Origin: Eledone cirrhosa
Taxonomy: Eukaryota
NCBI GenBank assembly: GCA_964016885.1
Contig: OZ024764.1
Coordinates: 6,324,001 to 6,388,000 of the forward strand
Reading direction: 5' to 3'
Length of the DNA stretch: 64,000 nt
Positions 41,205 through 56,325 of this stretch are shown piece by piece. The stretch's first letter is position 1, and every line of letters begins with the position of its first letter. The translations under genes and the position numbers were made by a program. Under the pieces are notes generated by a model, which had not been told where the DNA came from, made no database searches, and saw only the letters and a program-made list of their open reading frames with translations.

Positions 41205-42659
41205 ATGGTGGTGGTGGTAGTAGTGAAGGTGGTGTGGTGTTGGTGGTGGCAGTAGTGGTAATGGTGGTGGTGGCAGTAGTAGTGGTGATGGTGGTGGTAG
41301 TAGTGGTGATGGTGGTGGTGGTAGTAGTGATGGTGGTGTGGTGTTGGTGGTGGTGATGATGGTGGCAGTAGTGGTAATGTTGGTGGTGGTGGTGGTGGTG
41401 GTGGTAGTAGTGGTGATGGTGGTGGTGGTGGTAGTAGTAGTGAAGGTGGTGTGGTGTTGGTGGTGGTAGTAGTGAAGGTGGTGTGGTGTTGGTGTTGGTG
41501 ATGGCAGTAGTGGTAATGTTGGTGATGGTGGTGGTGGTGGTGGTGGTGGTAGTAGTGGTGATGGTGGTGGTGGTGGTAGTAGTAGTGAAGGTGGTGTGGT
41601 GTTGGTGGTGGTAGTAGTGAAGGTGGTGTGGTGTTGGTGTTGGTGATGGCAGTAGTGGTAATGGTGGTGGCAGTAGTTGTGGTGGTGGTGGTGGTAGTAG
41701 TGATGGTGGTGGTGGTGGTGGTGGTGGTGGTGGTAGTAGTGGTGGTGGTGGTGGAGGTGGCATCTTCTTTACATAGTGTCTGGATTTCCCATAGACTCTC
41801 TACAGCTGCAGGTTGTTCCTCACAGCAACCACTTTTACAGAGTGTACTGGGTGCTATCTATCCCGGTGCCAGCAATGTAGAGGTTAGGTCGTTGACACAA
41901 CTTGGAAAGTCTTCTCAAACTTGTGTTGCTTCTCGCTGAATGGGGATTAGTTACACACATACACACATACATATACACACATACACACATACATATACAC
42001 ACATACACACATACATATATACACACACATACATACACACACACACACATACATACATACACACATACACACACACACACACATACACACACATATACAC
42101 ACATACACATACATACACACATACACATACACACATACACATACACACACACATACATACACACACATACATCCACACTCATACACACATACACATACAT
42201 ACATACACATACACACACACACACATGTGTGTGTGTCTATCTTTATAGATATATCTTTATATATATGTGTGTGTGTATATATGTATATATATATGTGTGT
42301 GTGTGTGTGTGTATCTTTATAGATATATCTTTATATATGTATATATATGTGTGTGTGTGTATGTGTGTGTGTGTGTGTGTGTATATCTTTATAGATATAT
42401 CTTTAGATGTACATATATATATATATATATGCCTCTGTGTGTATATATATACACACATGCACTTGTTTGTTATTCTCTCTCTCTTTCTATATATATATAT
42501 GTGTGTGTGTGTATCTATGTGTATACATATATGTGTGTTTGTGTATATATATATATATATATATGTATGTATATATGTGTGTGTATATATATTTGTGTGT
42601 ATGTATATATATATTTATGTGTATATATATATATATATATGCATGTTTGTATACAAACA

Positions 42660-42704
<45 letters not shown>

Positions 42705-43196
42705 GTGTGTATATATATGTGTGTGTATATGTATGTATGTATACACACAGACAAACACTAATCCTTGTTACGTAGCCTACATTTAACACCCTGCCCTGCA
42801 GACAAAGTGACTTGAAAACTGTTGTGTGTATATCTACATGTGTGTATACATATATACACACGCATGTACACATATATATACACGCATGTACTCATATATA
42901 CACATGCATGTACACATATATACACACGCATGTACACATATATACACATGCATGTACTCATATATACACATGCATGTACACATATATACACATGCATGTA
43001 CACATATATACACATGCATGTACTCATATATACACATGCATGTACACATATATACACATGCATGTTCTCATATATACACATGCATGTACACATATATACA
43101 CATGCATGTACACATATATACACATGCATGTACTCATATATACATATATATAGAGAGAGAGATGCACATAAATGTGTGTGTGTATATATATGTGTG

Positions 43197-43241
<45 letters not shown>

Positions 43242-43546
43242 GTATATATATATGTATATATATATGTATATATATATATATGTATATATGTGTATACATA
43301 TATATGTATGTATTTGTATGTATGTATGTATGTATGTATGTATATATGTATATATGTATATATATGTGTATATATATATATATGTATGTATGTATGTATA
43401 TATGTATATATATGTGTATATATATATATATGTATGTATGTATTTGTATGTATATATATATGTATGTATGTATATATGTATATATATGTATATATGTATT
43501 TGTATGTATGTATATGTATGTATGTATGTGTGTGCATGCGTGTATA

Positions 43547-43590
<44 letters not shown>
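41205..43590. repeat. (GGT)n array then (CA)/(TA)/(CATG) microsatellite field
   Basis: Direct inspection; unique island at 41760-41950. Confidence 0.85.
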
Positions 43591-43595
<5 letters not shown>

Positions 43596-44183
43596 CGTCT
43601 TCATCCTTTTTTCCATACCTAGGTTAGACAGGTTGTCATGTTTTAAGATGAATGAGGTGAGGTGACCCCTGTCTCACATAGATCTCTATTTTGGCCTGGC
43701 TTCTACAGATGGATGCTATCAAAGGGTGGAGGAATTCGGGAGAGTCAACGGCCCTACAATAAAGGATTTTGTTTTGTTGACCGTGAGACCCCTAGTCTTC
43801 ATTAATACATCTCTCTTGGAGAAGGTCACTCTGATATAAAACCAGCGACATTGTTTACATCCAATGATGTAGACCAGTTCTACTTTTAGGGTGAAAGCAT
43901 TCAATGTTCAGAGAGTGGGATTGGCCCCGTGCAAAGCCTTTCCTAAATTAAAAAAGCCTCAAGCACAGGCATCACTTGATGTGACATTGTTTTGCAATGC
44001 ATGGTATTGCTGGCCATAGGCAAGTCCCTAGTAGGACTAGGAAGCTATGTCCATGGTGCTCATGCTTAAATATCAAGCGATGGCATTACTCCAAATCAAG
44101 TTACAGCCATCATATATGTGGTATGAGGTCTGGAAAGACTCCAAATCAGAGTACTGCTCAATACACTGAGTATATATAATAAT

Positions 44184-44365
44184 TGTTTCTACGTTAGGCA
44201 CAAGGCCAGCAAATACCCAGTGCATTACTGGTACTTTATTTTATCGACCCCGTAAGGATGAAAGGCAAAGTCAACCTCGGCGGGATTTGAACTCAGATCG
44301 TAAAGGGACGTAACTATGCTGGAAAGCATGGCGTCCGACCCTTTACCGATACTGCCAATCCACAC
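44184..44365 (-). mobile_element. SINE family B with 20-bp TSD
   Basis: CACTGAGTATATATAATAAT at 44164-44183 and 44366-44385. Confidence 0.9.
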
Positions 44366-44483
44366 CACTGAGTATATATAATAATGAGTTACTGCTCGTC
44401 AGCTGAGCTCTTGCACTTTCAGCTCTAGTTGATACTGGTAACTACTAATACATGGGCAAAAAAAAAGACATTAAATGGTGATG

Positions 44484-44539
<56 letters not shown>

Positions 44540-44544
<5 letters not shown>

Positions 44545-44736
44545 AAAAGGTATGACCCCGACGGCAGAGCTCAAGCCGTTTCGACGGCTATTTCTGGACT
44601 CAGAAATAGCCGTCGAAACGGCTTGAGCTCTGCCGTCGGGGTTATACTTTCTCCTATTACCCAGTCTACTACCCTAAGTATTGAGTACTCTGGTGCGTTA
44701 TGGTCCATCTGGTTCCTTACCACAATTCCTTCGTTA
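44540..44736 (+). mobile_element. Family P1 fold-back copy
   Basis: Arms 44541-44596/44601-44656 plus tail. Confidence 0.75.
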
Positions 44737-44792
44737 TATATATATATATCAGACCCATGCTAGCGGGGAAAATGGACGTTAAACGATGATGA

Positions 44793-44827
<35 letters not shown>

Positions 44828-44974
44828 GCAATCTGTGATGTAATTTATGCATTTGTTGTTGGTATGGCAACGATATCTTCAGATAAAAATCCGATTTTGT
44901 GATATGCCGCAGGCAAAACATACACATTTTTCTGCTCGTGTGCTTGGTCATATTTTAAGGCAAGTTATGTCGGG

Positions 44975-45530
44975 TGACCGTGTCTTGTTCATATAGGACT
45001 GTATCTGGCTGGATGCCCTTCCTAACGCCAACCACATTTACAGTGTGGACTGGGGGCGGGAGGCATACTGTATATGTGCTTCAGCTTCTGCCCCCTTTTA
45101 TGCAGCTCCCACTCTTCATACACATCAGATGTCCATACCAACGTAACCGCCTCTCCTGCACACATCATTTGATTCCTCTTATGCTCAGTCTCTCTCTCAA
45201 TTCGCTTATGCTTTGCCATTCGTGTATATTACTATTACACATCCATCGGAGCATGCAGGCTTCGTTTCTTCCTAATCTACGTAAGTCTTCCACAGACAAC
45301 GCCCAGGTCTCACTACCATGTAACATTGCTGTTCGTATACATGCATCATACAGTCTGCCTTTCATTTTGAGGGGAAAGCCTTTTGCAGCTAGCAGTGGTA
45401 GTAGCTCCCTGAACTTCTTCCATCCCGTTCTTACCCTAGTTATTGTACTTTCAGAACACCCACCTCCGCTGCTAATTCTGTCACCTAGGTAGCAGAAGCT
45501 ATCTACTGTTTCTACAGAGCCCTCCCAGAG
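44975..45530 (-). mobile_element. RTE-clade LINE fragment with internal deletion
   Basis: Minus: SVETVDSFCYLGD...KGRLYDACIRTAMLHGSETW...EACMLRWMC. Confidence 0.88.
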
Positions 45531-45594
45531 TTTGGTGGTACTTGTTTCCTGTGGCCGTTTGCTGCTTGCTGTCCCATTCTTAGCTAAACTTGAA

Positions 45595-45680
45595 TAATAT
45601 CGATGATCCCATATAGGGATCGTATCAGATATTAAGCTGATAAGAACAGATACTACACTTTGATCTTAGCCAAAAGGCCG
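45595..45680 (-). pseudogene. RNU2: U2 snRNA fragment (about nt 10-93), no Sm site
   Basis: CGGCCTTTTGGCTAAGATCAAAGTGTAGTATCTGTTCTTATCAGCTTAATATCTGATACG, including branch-recognition GUAGUA, stem IIa and stem IIb GATCCC-TATAT-GGGATC. Confidence 0.92.
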
Positions 45681-45756
45681 TGTACTCATTGTTTGCATTT
45701 GGGGTAGAGGATGAATTTCTACCAACGTCTTTCCTACTACATACTGGACAGGGCCA

Positions 45757-45901
<145 letters not shown>

Positions 45902-46216
45902 CAGAATGGAGGCAATAAAATCCGTTCATGATAGTATTTGATACTTGGGGTAGTAGCTGTTGAAAGGGCAGGAGCTCAGCCGTTGGTGTCCTGAATTTTT
46001 CATATATATAGATATGTATAGTAGATTATAGACATATATTATATATATATATTATATATATATATTATATATATATATATATATAATATATAATATATAT
46101 ATTATACATATATTATATATATAATATCTATATTATATATGTAATATCTATATTATATAGATATTACATATATATATATAATATATATATAATATATGTA
46201 TAATATATATATATAT

Positions 46217-46626
46217 ACGATATTAAATAAATGGAAACTATATTTATAAAGCCATATTTATTTCATTATACATATTTCAGGGATACCAAATTAAAATATG
46301 GTCTGCCTTCATCAGACAAAATACAATATATAAACAGTTTTATAAATAATTTTGACGTACCCTATTAGCTTCCAAAAATAATGGTTGCATCTAATAGGGT
46401 ACGTCAAAATTATTTATAAACTGTTTATATATTGTATTTTGTCTGATGAAGGCATACCATATTTTAATTTGGTATCCCTGAAATATGTATAATGAAATAA
46501 ATATGGTTTTATAAATATAGTTTCCATTTGTTAATATCGTATATCTACTCCAAAAACTTGTCGAGTGCTTTATATCAGTTATAAAATATTTACTTGTTGT
46601 ATCCCAACAATTTTAAATAGAACATT

Positions 46627-46630
<4 letters not shown>
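46217..46630. mobile_element. Family P2 fold-back element with two mirror-image hammerhead motifs (46259-46323 minus; 46435-46499 plus)
   Basis: ~150-bp arms 46217-46368/46391-46543; TATTTTGT CTGATGA AGGCATACCA...TGGTATCCCT GAAA TATGTA TA ATGAAATA. Confidence 0.8.
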
Positions 46631-46721
<91 letters not shown>

Positions 46722-46922
46722 AATATATATATATAAATATAATATATATATATATATTATATATATATAATATATATATATATATATTATATATATATAA
46801 TATATATATATAATATATATATATAATATATATATATATATATTATATATATATAATATATATATATAATATATATATATATTATATATATATAATATAT
46901 ATATATAAATATAATATATATA

Positions 46923-46965
<43 letters not shown>

Positions 46966-47024
46966 TATATAAATATAATATATATATATATATATTATAT
47001 ATATAATATATATATATATATATT

Positions 47025-47179
<155 letters not shown>

Positions 47180-47199
47180 CATATATATATATATGTAGA

Positions 47200-47550
47200 T
47201 AAATCTACCAAGAGTTTACGGTAGTGTCCAATCCGTATGAAGAACTCAATGTAATCCGGATATCATGGAAAGAAGAGATGCAATGAAAAATCACTTTCGG
47301 TGAAAGATAAACGGAATACAGAGTCAAGATAAAATATTAAAAAAATAATGAATAAAACAATGAAACAGTTCCTTATATTAAACAAAAAAAGTTCATTATT
47401 TAACGATCGTTTCTAGGATATATATGTGTTAGAATATGCATGCATATTCTAACACATATATATCCTAGAAACGATCGTTAAATAATGAACTTTTTTTGTT
47501 TAATATAAGGAACTGTTTCATTGTTTTATTCATTATTTTTTTAATATTTT
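47200..47550. mobile_element. Fold-back remnant ending in a ~220-bp perfect palindrome (47331-47550)
   Basis: Centre ATATGCA|TGCATAT at 47440/47441; each arm carries GAAA CGATCG TT. Confidence 0.75.
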
Positions 47551-47558
47551 ATATATAT

Positions 47559-47724
<166 letters not shown>

Positions 47725-47726
47725 AT

Positions 47727-47779
<53 letters not shown>

Positions 47780-47803
47780 ATATATATATATTATATATAT
47801 ATA

Positions 47804-47845
<42 letters not shown>

Positions 47846-48103
47846 GGACCAACATAGGCTCATAGACAGGTCCCTAGGCATATCTGCAACACACTTGTGT
47901 GTGTTGCTGTACACATGTGTGTGTGTATGATAGGGTGGGGCGGTGGGGGTGGAGGTTCTGTACAGATCTATTTGTCCTACTTATCAAATCTTAGCTGCAT
48001 CTCTGTCTGGTCCTCTACCCAACACCCACACTCACATCAAATGTCTACCCCCCACCTATCCCTTTTCTACCCCCCTGTCTCTCTTCCCCCTCTTTCCCCC
48101 CCC

Positions 48104-48139
<36 letters not shown>

Positions 48140-48162
48140 CTTTCTCAATCTATCTCTCATAT

Positions 48163-48225
<63 letters not shown>

Positions 48226-48303
48226 AATACATATACATACATACACATATACACATGTCTCTCTCTCTGTCTGTCTGTTTCTCTCTCCCCCTCTCTCTGT
48301 CTG

Positions 48304-48339
<36 letters not shown>

Positions 48340-48357
48340 ACCTATATCTCTCTCTCC

Positions 48358-48388
<31 letters not shown>

Positions 48389-48879
48389 ACCTATATCTCT
48401 CTCTCCCCCTCTCTCTCTCCGCCTCTCTCTCTCTATATATATATAACCTGTGTCTCTCTCTCTCCTATATACATCTTTCTGTTCCTCAATCTCTCTCTCT
48501 TTCCCTCTCTATAGGGAGTGTGTGAGGGCTTCTCTCCCTCCCTCTATCATCTCCTCTTATCACTACAAATTTATCACCACCACCACCACCACCACCACCA
48601 CTCTACCTACCCCAGGGACCTGATCTATCTACTTACCCCTACCCTATTCCAGACCCCCTGATCTGTTCTTCAAACACTACCCATCTATCACCTCCCCCTC
48701 CACACACACACCCATCCCTTTCAACTTCCATCACCAAATAATACAGATCTCCCACGCACCACCCCACAGCAATCTGTGCCACCACCACCACCACCACCTT
48801 TATTACTACTCATCTAGTAAGCTCACTCCCTCCCTTCCAGCTCAACCCCTTCACTGTCCCTCACCTTCTTCACACCACC

Positions 48880-49350
48880 ACCACCATACCATCACCCAGC
48901 GTCACCACCGCCACCATACCATCACCCCAGCACCACAACCATACCATCACCCCAGTGTCACCACCGCCACCATACCATCACCCCAGCACCACCACCATAC
49001 CATCACCCCAGTGTCACCACCGCCACCATACCATCACCCCAGCACCACCACCATACCATCACCCCAGTGTCACCACCGCCACCATACCATCACCCCAGCA
49101 CCACCACCATACCATCACCCCAGTGTCACCACTGCCACCATACCATCACCCCAGCACCACCACCATACCATCACCCCAGTGTCACCACCACCACCATACC
49201 ATCACCCCAGTGCCACCACCACCATACCATCACCCCAGTGCCACCACCACCACCATACCATCACCCCAGTGCCACCACCACCACCACCACCATACCATCA
49301 CCCCAGTGTCACCTCCGCCACCATACCATCACCCCAGTGCCACCACTGCC
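48880..49350. repeat. 26-30 bp minisatellite CCATACCATCACCCCAG-(CAC)n
   Basis: Direct inspection. Confidence 0.9.
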
Positions 49351-49627
49351 ACCCCACCATCAACACCCCCCCCCTTTAACCCCCCCCCCCCCCCCCCCCC
49401 CATCACCATGTCAAATCCCCCCTCCCCCACAGTTCCACTAGATGTTCAGCAACTTTTAAAAACTCAGCCAAAATTATAAGCCATAGACAGACATTAAATG
49501 TGTGTATGTATGTATATATATATATATGTCTGTGTGTGTGTGTATAAATAAGTGAGTGTACGTAACAGTGTTTATGCATGTTTAATGATGGGGTAAATAT
49601 GTAGTAAGCATGTATATGTGCATATAT

Positions 49628-49692
<65 letters not shown>

Positions 49693-49729
49693 TATGTATA
49701 TATATGTGTGTGTATATATATATAAGTAG

Positions 49730-49871
49730 AAGTGGTATTTAATTTGTTGGAAGTCCGACAAACATAAATGTTTATAACTGATTTAGAGCACTCATAACTG
49801 GAGTAAATATTCAATGATATTAAATAAATGGAAACTATATAAATATAGTTTCCATTTATTTAATATCATTG
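49730..49871 (-). mobile_element. P2-related tail with terminal palindrome
   Basis: CAATGATATTAAATAAATGGAAACTATAT-AA-ATATAGTTTCCATTTATTTAATATCATTG. Confidence 0.6.
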
Positions 49872-49881
49872 TATATATATA

Positions 49882-49928
<47 letters not shown>

Positions 49929-49944
49929 ATGATGATGATGATGA

Positions 49945-49985
<41 letters not shown>

Positions 49986-50153
49986 TATATATATTATATA
50001 TATGAAAAAGTTTGTCCTCATCAGTGGCCTTCCAACCATCGTAGGCATTTCGTCGCATTAAATATATATATATGTGTGTATATATATGTATATATTTGTA
50101 TGTATATTTATATGTATATATGTGTGTGTATATATATATGTAATATATATATA

Positions 50154-50247
<94 letters not shown>

Positions 50248-50270
50248 GTGTGTGTATATATATATATGTA

Positions 50271-50302
<32 letters not shown>

Positions 50303-50323
50303 GTGTGTGTATATATATATATG

Positions 50324-50363
<40 letters not shown>

Positions 50364-50472
50364 ATCATAAAATGTCTTTAGAATCACTAGATATAATATA
50401 TACCATTTCCGTCTCCCAATTAGTATAATTAACCATATAAAAATCAATTAGACCAATATATATGTATATATA

Positions 50473-50531
<59 letters not shown>

Positions 50532-50871
50532 ACATGAGAAGAATACTGCATGGTTGCACATGGGTTACATATGATAAAATAGTCCTTCGTCAGTGATTTG
50601 CCAACCATCATTGATATTTCATCGCATTAAAAATCATATACCTCAGGTTGGTGCGAGCAATAGCTAAATAAAGCTATTGGCACAAGTGAATCGCGTAAAG
50701 CGAGTGAGACAAGTAAACAACATAGAAGGATGAAAGCAACGCAAAGATGGGAATAAACAAGCAACATGGTTACCCGGTCAGCATAAACTGGGTGGATTTC
50801 ATGAGCGATCAAGATACAGACTGTCCGACGTGAGTGAGATGTGAGCAAGAAGAGAATATATATATATATAA

Positions 50872-51233
50872 ATTGGATGTGCAATGTAAATGTGCGTGAA
50901 CGACCCAGCATAAATGTGTTGAGAGAGAAACTGTGTCTGAGAGGGATAGAATGTAGTGTACGGGAGAGGAGACTGAGGTGGTATGGACATGTGATGCGCA
51001 TGGAGGATGACCGATGGGTGAAGAAGTGCCAGGAAATGCCAGTTGAAGGAAGACGTGGTAGAGGTAGACCACGAAAAACATGGGCGGAGGTGGTGAGAAC
51101 AGACCTCAGATCATTGAAGCTCACGGTGGAGATGACGAGGGACCGTGACGAGTGGAGAGATGCTGTGCTGAATAAGACCCGTCCCACCCTTGCAAGCAGG
51201 GAAAAGCGGACGTAAAATGATGATGATGATGAT
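50872..51233 (+). mobile_element. RTE family A 3' end, unamplified reference copy
   Basis: WMCNVNVRERPSINVLREKLCLRGIECSVRERRLRWYGHVMRM...RGRPRKTW...TLASREKRT*, then (ATG)n. Confidence 0.92.
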
Positions 51234-51534
51234 ATATAAATGACTTCTACGGGACTAGAACTGTTTCGTTTGAAAGAATGTAACTATCTAGCCATCAAAT
51301 TGAGAGATCACAGCTCTGATACTATGGACTTGTGGTTAGAATGTCTCAGGAAAGAATTGCTGGACAGATTTTACTGGTAAAACCAACATGGAGGAGACCC
51401 AGGGAGGTTGGATAAAATGAATGAGCCTGGCTGGTCTCACTTGGGGATCGAGCTGGATCTGTTAGAGGCGGTTGCTTCTGGCAGGACCCACTGGAAGAAA
51501 TGTTTAAGGACTTCTACTTCACTGTACAGAGCGT

Positions 51535-51965
51535 TGGACAACATGCTTTGCAACATAGAATTTTGTTCCCTTATGTTTTGAGTTCAAATCCCGCCAAACT
51601 TGGCTTTGTCTCTCATCCTTACGGGGTCGATAAAGTACCAGTAATGAACTGGTGTCGTTTTAATTGACTTTCCCTCCCCCAAAATTGCGGGCCTCATGCC
51701 TAAATCAAACCCTTATTCGCCTTGCTTTTCATCCATACGGGGTCGATAAAATAAAGTACCAGTAATGTACTGGGGTGGGTTTTATGAAACCTCGCAACCC
51801 CAAAATTCTTGGCCATTATTAGTTGAGTAACCTCAACCTTACAGTCTGAGTTCAAATCCCGCTGAGGTTAACTTTGCTTTTCATCCTTACGGGGTCGATA
51901 AAATAAAATACCAGTAACGTACTGGGGTAATTGCTGGCCTTGTGCCAATAGTAGAAACAATTATT
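51535..51965 (+). mobile_element. Three head-to-tail partial SINE family B copies
   Basis: TCATCC(T/A)TACGGGGTCGATAAA at ~51612, ~51730, ~51881. Confidence 0.8.
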
Positions 51966-52386
51966 TGTTGATTAAGCTTTCAGTTCCTCAGTTTTGTTGC
52001 TCTGCTGTTTCACATGTACTCACAGGATCATCAGGAAACTTGTGAAACTCCAGAGTAACAATACTTATTCATCTGCTAAACTTACTATAATGAATCTTAC
52101 TAAACTCTATTTTTGTATTGAGTACTTGTTCTTGCTTCTGTCCTCGCTGTATATATAATGTGTAATTGTTTTAGCAAATCTTTACTGATTATATGTAGAT
52201 ATGTATATACATGTTGTCTTTGTGAGCTTGCATATATACATATATGTGTGTGTATATATATATGTGTGTGTGTGTGTGTGTATATATATGTATGTATATA
52301 TAATCCCATCAACCAAGAGAGGAAACTGTAACACAATCCCCACCACCAGAGGATCCTCTAGTCACCTCCCCCCACCCCTTCATCAG

Positions 52387-52504
52387 GGAGACAGTCTACA
52401 CCTGGTCGCATTATATGCTAGAAACAGCAGCCAAACTTCCTATCCCCACCCCACCTCCAGCGTCATACTCCAGCAGTCTTGAGCAAATTAAACACTTAGG
52501 GTGA
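52387..52504 (+). other. Candidate terminal coding exon of unknown gene
   Basis: Pyrimidine-rich acceptor ccccttcatcag; ETVYTWSHYMLETAAKLPIPTPPPASYSSSLEQIKHLG*; ungapped similarity to 24289-24345 (-). Confidence 0.3.
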
Positions 52505-52624
52505 TGTGGTCCAAGGTGGATGCTTCCTGCAGTATTGTGACTCTTGAGTGTGTGCTAACCTAGGTTTATAAAACATCATCACCACCACCATCATCATTAT
52601 TATCATTTCCACCATCAACATACA

Positions 52625-52673
<49 letters not shown>

Positions 52674-52675
52674 CA

Positions 52676-53066
52676 GGCACATGGCTTAGTGGTTAGAGTA
52701 TTGGCCTTGCAATCGAAAGGTTGTGAGTTCAATTCTCAGACCGGGTGATGTGTTGTTTCCTTGAGCAAGACACTTTATTTCACATTGCTCCAGTTTACTC
52801 AGCTGTAGAAATGAGATGATAGGGACTGGCGTCCCTAACATTCCACTGTAAAGTGGTCGTGGAGGTGCCACAGCAAAAAAGCACCCAGCACTCACTGTAA
52901 AGTGGTTGTGGAGGTGCCACGGCAAAAATGCACCCCAGCACTCACTGTAAATGAGGTTGGTGTTAGGAAGGGCATCCAGCTGTAGAAATCAAGCCAGAAT
53001 CAGTTCCCGTCCCACCCTTGCAAGCAGGGGAAAAGCAGACGCAAAATGAAATGATGATGATGATGA
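52676..53066 (+). mobile_element. SINE family A with internal ~48-bp duplication
   Basis: CACTGTAAAGTGG..GTGGAGGTGCCAC..GCACCCAGCACT present twice. Confidence 0.9.
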
Positions 53067-53083
53067 TATATATATATATATAT

Positions 53084-53124
<41 letters not shown>

Positions 53125-53220
53125 AATTAAAATACTAGAGTGCGTTGGAGTTATTAATGGGACGAAACATTGCAGGCTAATAGAGACTTTTGATGTATTG
53201 AAGGCTTCTTTTGTCTATTT

Positions 53221-53262
<42 letters not shown>

Positions 53263-53306
53263 GTGTGTGTGTGTTCCTGTATACATATATGTTCCTTTAA
53301 CCATGT

Positions 53307-53356
53307 CCATTCCGAGCTGAGGATCCGCTAAGGTGAAACAATTGTTCCCGGTATGG
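53307..53356 (+). ncRNA. Minimal hammerhead motif (duplicate at 60622-60671)
   Basis: CCATTCCGAG CTGAGGA TCC-GCTAA-GGT GAAA CAATTG TT CCCGGTATGG. Confidence 0.55.
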
Positions 53357-53394
53357 TGAATTAACTGTTGTGTAACCACTTCTATATAATATAT

Positions 53395-53695
53395 ATATCA
53401 CAGAAAAAAAGAGAATCAGTGTTGAGACGAATGGAATTTATTGGACATATTACAATCTGCTTCGTAGAATCGACATGTATCTGAGGACCTTGCGATTTTC
53501 AGAGTCAGGTTCGATCACCACATCGACCGTGCCTCGAGCTGGTCACAAGAAAAACGATTGTAATATGTCCAATAAATTCCATTCGTCGCAACACTGATTC
53601 CCTTTTTTTCTGTGATATCATACTCTGCTCGATGTGGGCATCGAGTGCTCAAACGGCCTACCGCATACGGACACTTTGAGCATCCAACACCAATT
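53395..53695 (+). mobile_element. Family P3 fold-back element; hammerhead at 53472-53569 with GAAA apparently mutated
   Basis: Homologous to 15519-15826; arms 53395-53456/53556-53616. Confidence 0.7.
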
Positions 53696-53739
53696 ATATA
53701 TATGTATGTATATATATATATATATATATATTGATTTAT

Positions 53740-53990
53740 AAGTGACACAGAGGAGACTGAGGTGAGCTGGACATGCTCACCGACATCCAGAGTTGACACT
53801 GCACTCAGTGCTCCTGTGGGAGCCCCTACATGGACTCACTGGAAGAGGAAGACCGAGGTTAACGAACGTATGTTGATGCCCTAGGGACAGACACTGGTCT
53901 GTTGGAGACGCAGGACATGGCAGCGATAATGAGGGACAGAGACCGCTGGAGAGAACTCGTCCATGGATCTCGGGAATTTTACCCGCCTTA
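53740..53990 (+). mobile_element. RTE/RTEX-like LINE family E 3' end
   Basis: VTQRRLR*AGHAHRH...LLWEPLHG..GRGRPRLTNV; matches 27640-27890. Confidence 0.8.
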
Positions 53991-54010
53991 GAAATAGAAT
54001 ATATATATAT

Positions 54011-54308
54011 TTTTCCCCTGCTTGCAAGGGTGGGATGGGAACTGATTCTGGCTTGATTTCTACAGCTGGATGCCCTTCCTAACACCAACCTCATTTACAG
54101 TGAGTGCTGGGTGCTTTTTTGCCCTCCACGACCACTTTGCAGTGGAATGATAGGGACCCCAGTCCCTATCATCTCATTTCTACAGCTGAGTAAACTGGAG
54201 CAATGTGAAATAAAGTGTCTTGCTCAAGGAAACAACACATCACCCGGTCTGAGAATTGAACTCACAACCTTTCTATTGCAAGGCCAATGCTCTAACCACT
54301 AATGCCTC

Positions 54309-54310
<2 letters not shown>
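54011..54310 (-). mobile_element. SINE family A
   Basis: Reverse complement of the consensus. Confidence 0.88.
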
Positions 54311-54840
<530 letters not shown>

Positions 54841-54940
54841 TACAACTTATGGTATATAAATATTGAGTTTTGTCATAACTAATCACTGCCAAGACTGGAA
54901 TTGAAAAATCAGCACAGTTGAGGTATGCCAGACATCAACT

Positions 54941-55006
54941 TATTTTATCTAGTGAGGACGTACTGATGAAACAGCTCAGTACCTCTGAAATATATATAAT
55001 AAAATA
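54941..55006 (+). ncRNA. Decayed hammerhead motif (core CTAGTGA; CTGGTGA in duplicate 62236-62301)
   Basis: TATTTTAT core [GGACGTACTGA...TCAGTACCTCT] GAAA TATATA TA ATAAAATA; perfect 8-bp helix I. Confidence 0.5.
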
Positions 55007-55249
55007 TATTTGATCACCTGAATGTCTATGTTTATTAATAATTTGAAGTAATATTAATAACTCCAGAAAACCCCACTGTTGAGTGCTTCTAATCTATTGT
55101 AAAACTTTATTCATTGATTAATCAATGAACCTTGTTAAATTTTTGGTTTTATATATATATATATATATATATAGGAAAATGTAAGACCCCGACGGCAGAG
55201 CTCAAGCCGTTTTGACGGCTAATTCTGGACCATATAGCTTCATAATCAC

Positions 55250-56046
55250 TGCCATCATCACCATGACCATCACCAACAACTTCACAATTACCACTTCCAA
55301 CACTATAACCACCACAGTCAACACTACCACAACAGCCACCACCACTATCACCATCACCACCAACACCACCACCACACCACCATCATCACTACCACCACCA
55401 ACACCACCACCACCAACACCACCACCAACACCACCACCACCAACACCATCACCACCACCAACACCACCACCAACACCACATCACTACTACCACCACCACC
55501 ACCATCACCACCACCAACACCACATCACATCACTACCATCACTACCACCACATCACTACCACCACCACCACCACCACCACCATCACCACCACCAACACCA
55601 CCACCACCAACACCACTTCACTACTACCACCACCACCACCACCAACACCACATCACATCACTACCATCACTACCACCAACACCACATCACTACCACCACC
55701 ACCATCACCACCACAACATCACTACTACCACCACCAACACCACCACCACCACCACCAACACCACATCACATCACTACCATCACTACCACCAACACCACAT
55801 CACTACCACCACCACCACCATCACCACCACAACATCACTACTACCACCACCAACACCACATCACTACTACCACCACCACCACCACCACCACCATCACCAC
55901 CACCAACACCATCACCACCACCACCATCACCACCACCAACACCATCATCACTACCACCACCACATCACTACTACCACCACCAACACCACATCACTACCAC
56001 CACCACCACCACCACCACCACCACCACCACCACCACCACCATCATC
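55250..56046. repeat. (CAC/CAT/CTA)n low-complexity array
   Basis: Direct inspection. Confidence 0.9.
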
Positions 56047-56125
56047 ACTTGTTGTCATCAGAAGGAAAATCTGTTTGAAATTCAGATAGAAAAAATTGGT
56101 GCTCCATATATATATAAAAGTTATA

Positions 56126-56325
56126 NNNNNNNNNNNNNNNNNNNNNNNNNNNNNNNNNNNNNNNNNNNNNNNNNNNNNNNNNNNNNNNNNNNNNNNNNNN
56201 NNNNNNNNNNNNNNNNNNNNNNNNNNNNNNNNNNNNNNNNNNNNNNNNNNNNNNNNNNNNNNNNNNNNNNNNNNNNNNNNNNNNNNNNNNNNNNNNNNNN
56301 NNNNNNNNNNNNNNNNNNNNNNNNN
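56126..56325. other. Assembly gap (200 N)
   Basis: Run of exactly 200 N. Confidence 1.

Noticed and set aside
45595-45680. Functional U2 snRNA gene
   Set aside because: Lacks the first ~9 nt, the Sm site and the 3' stem-loops
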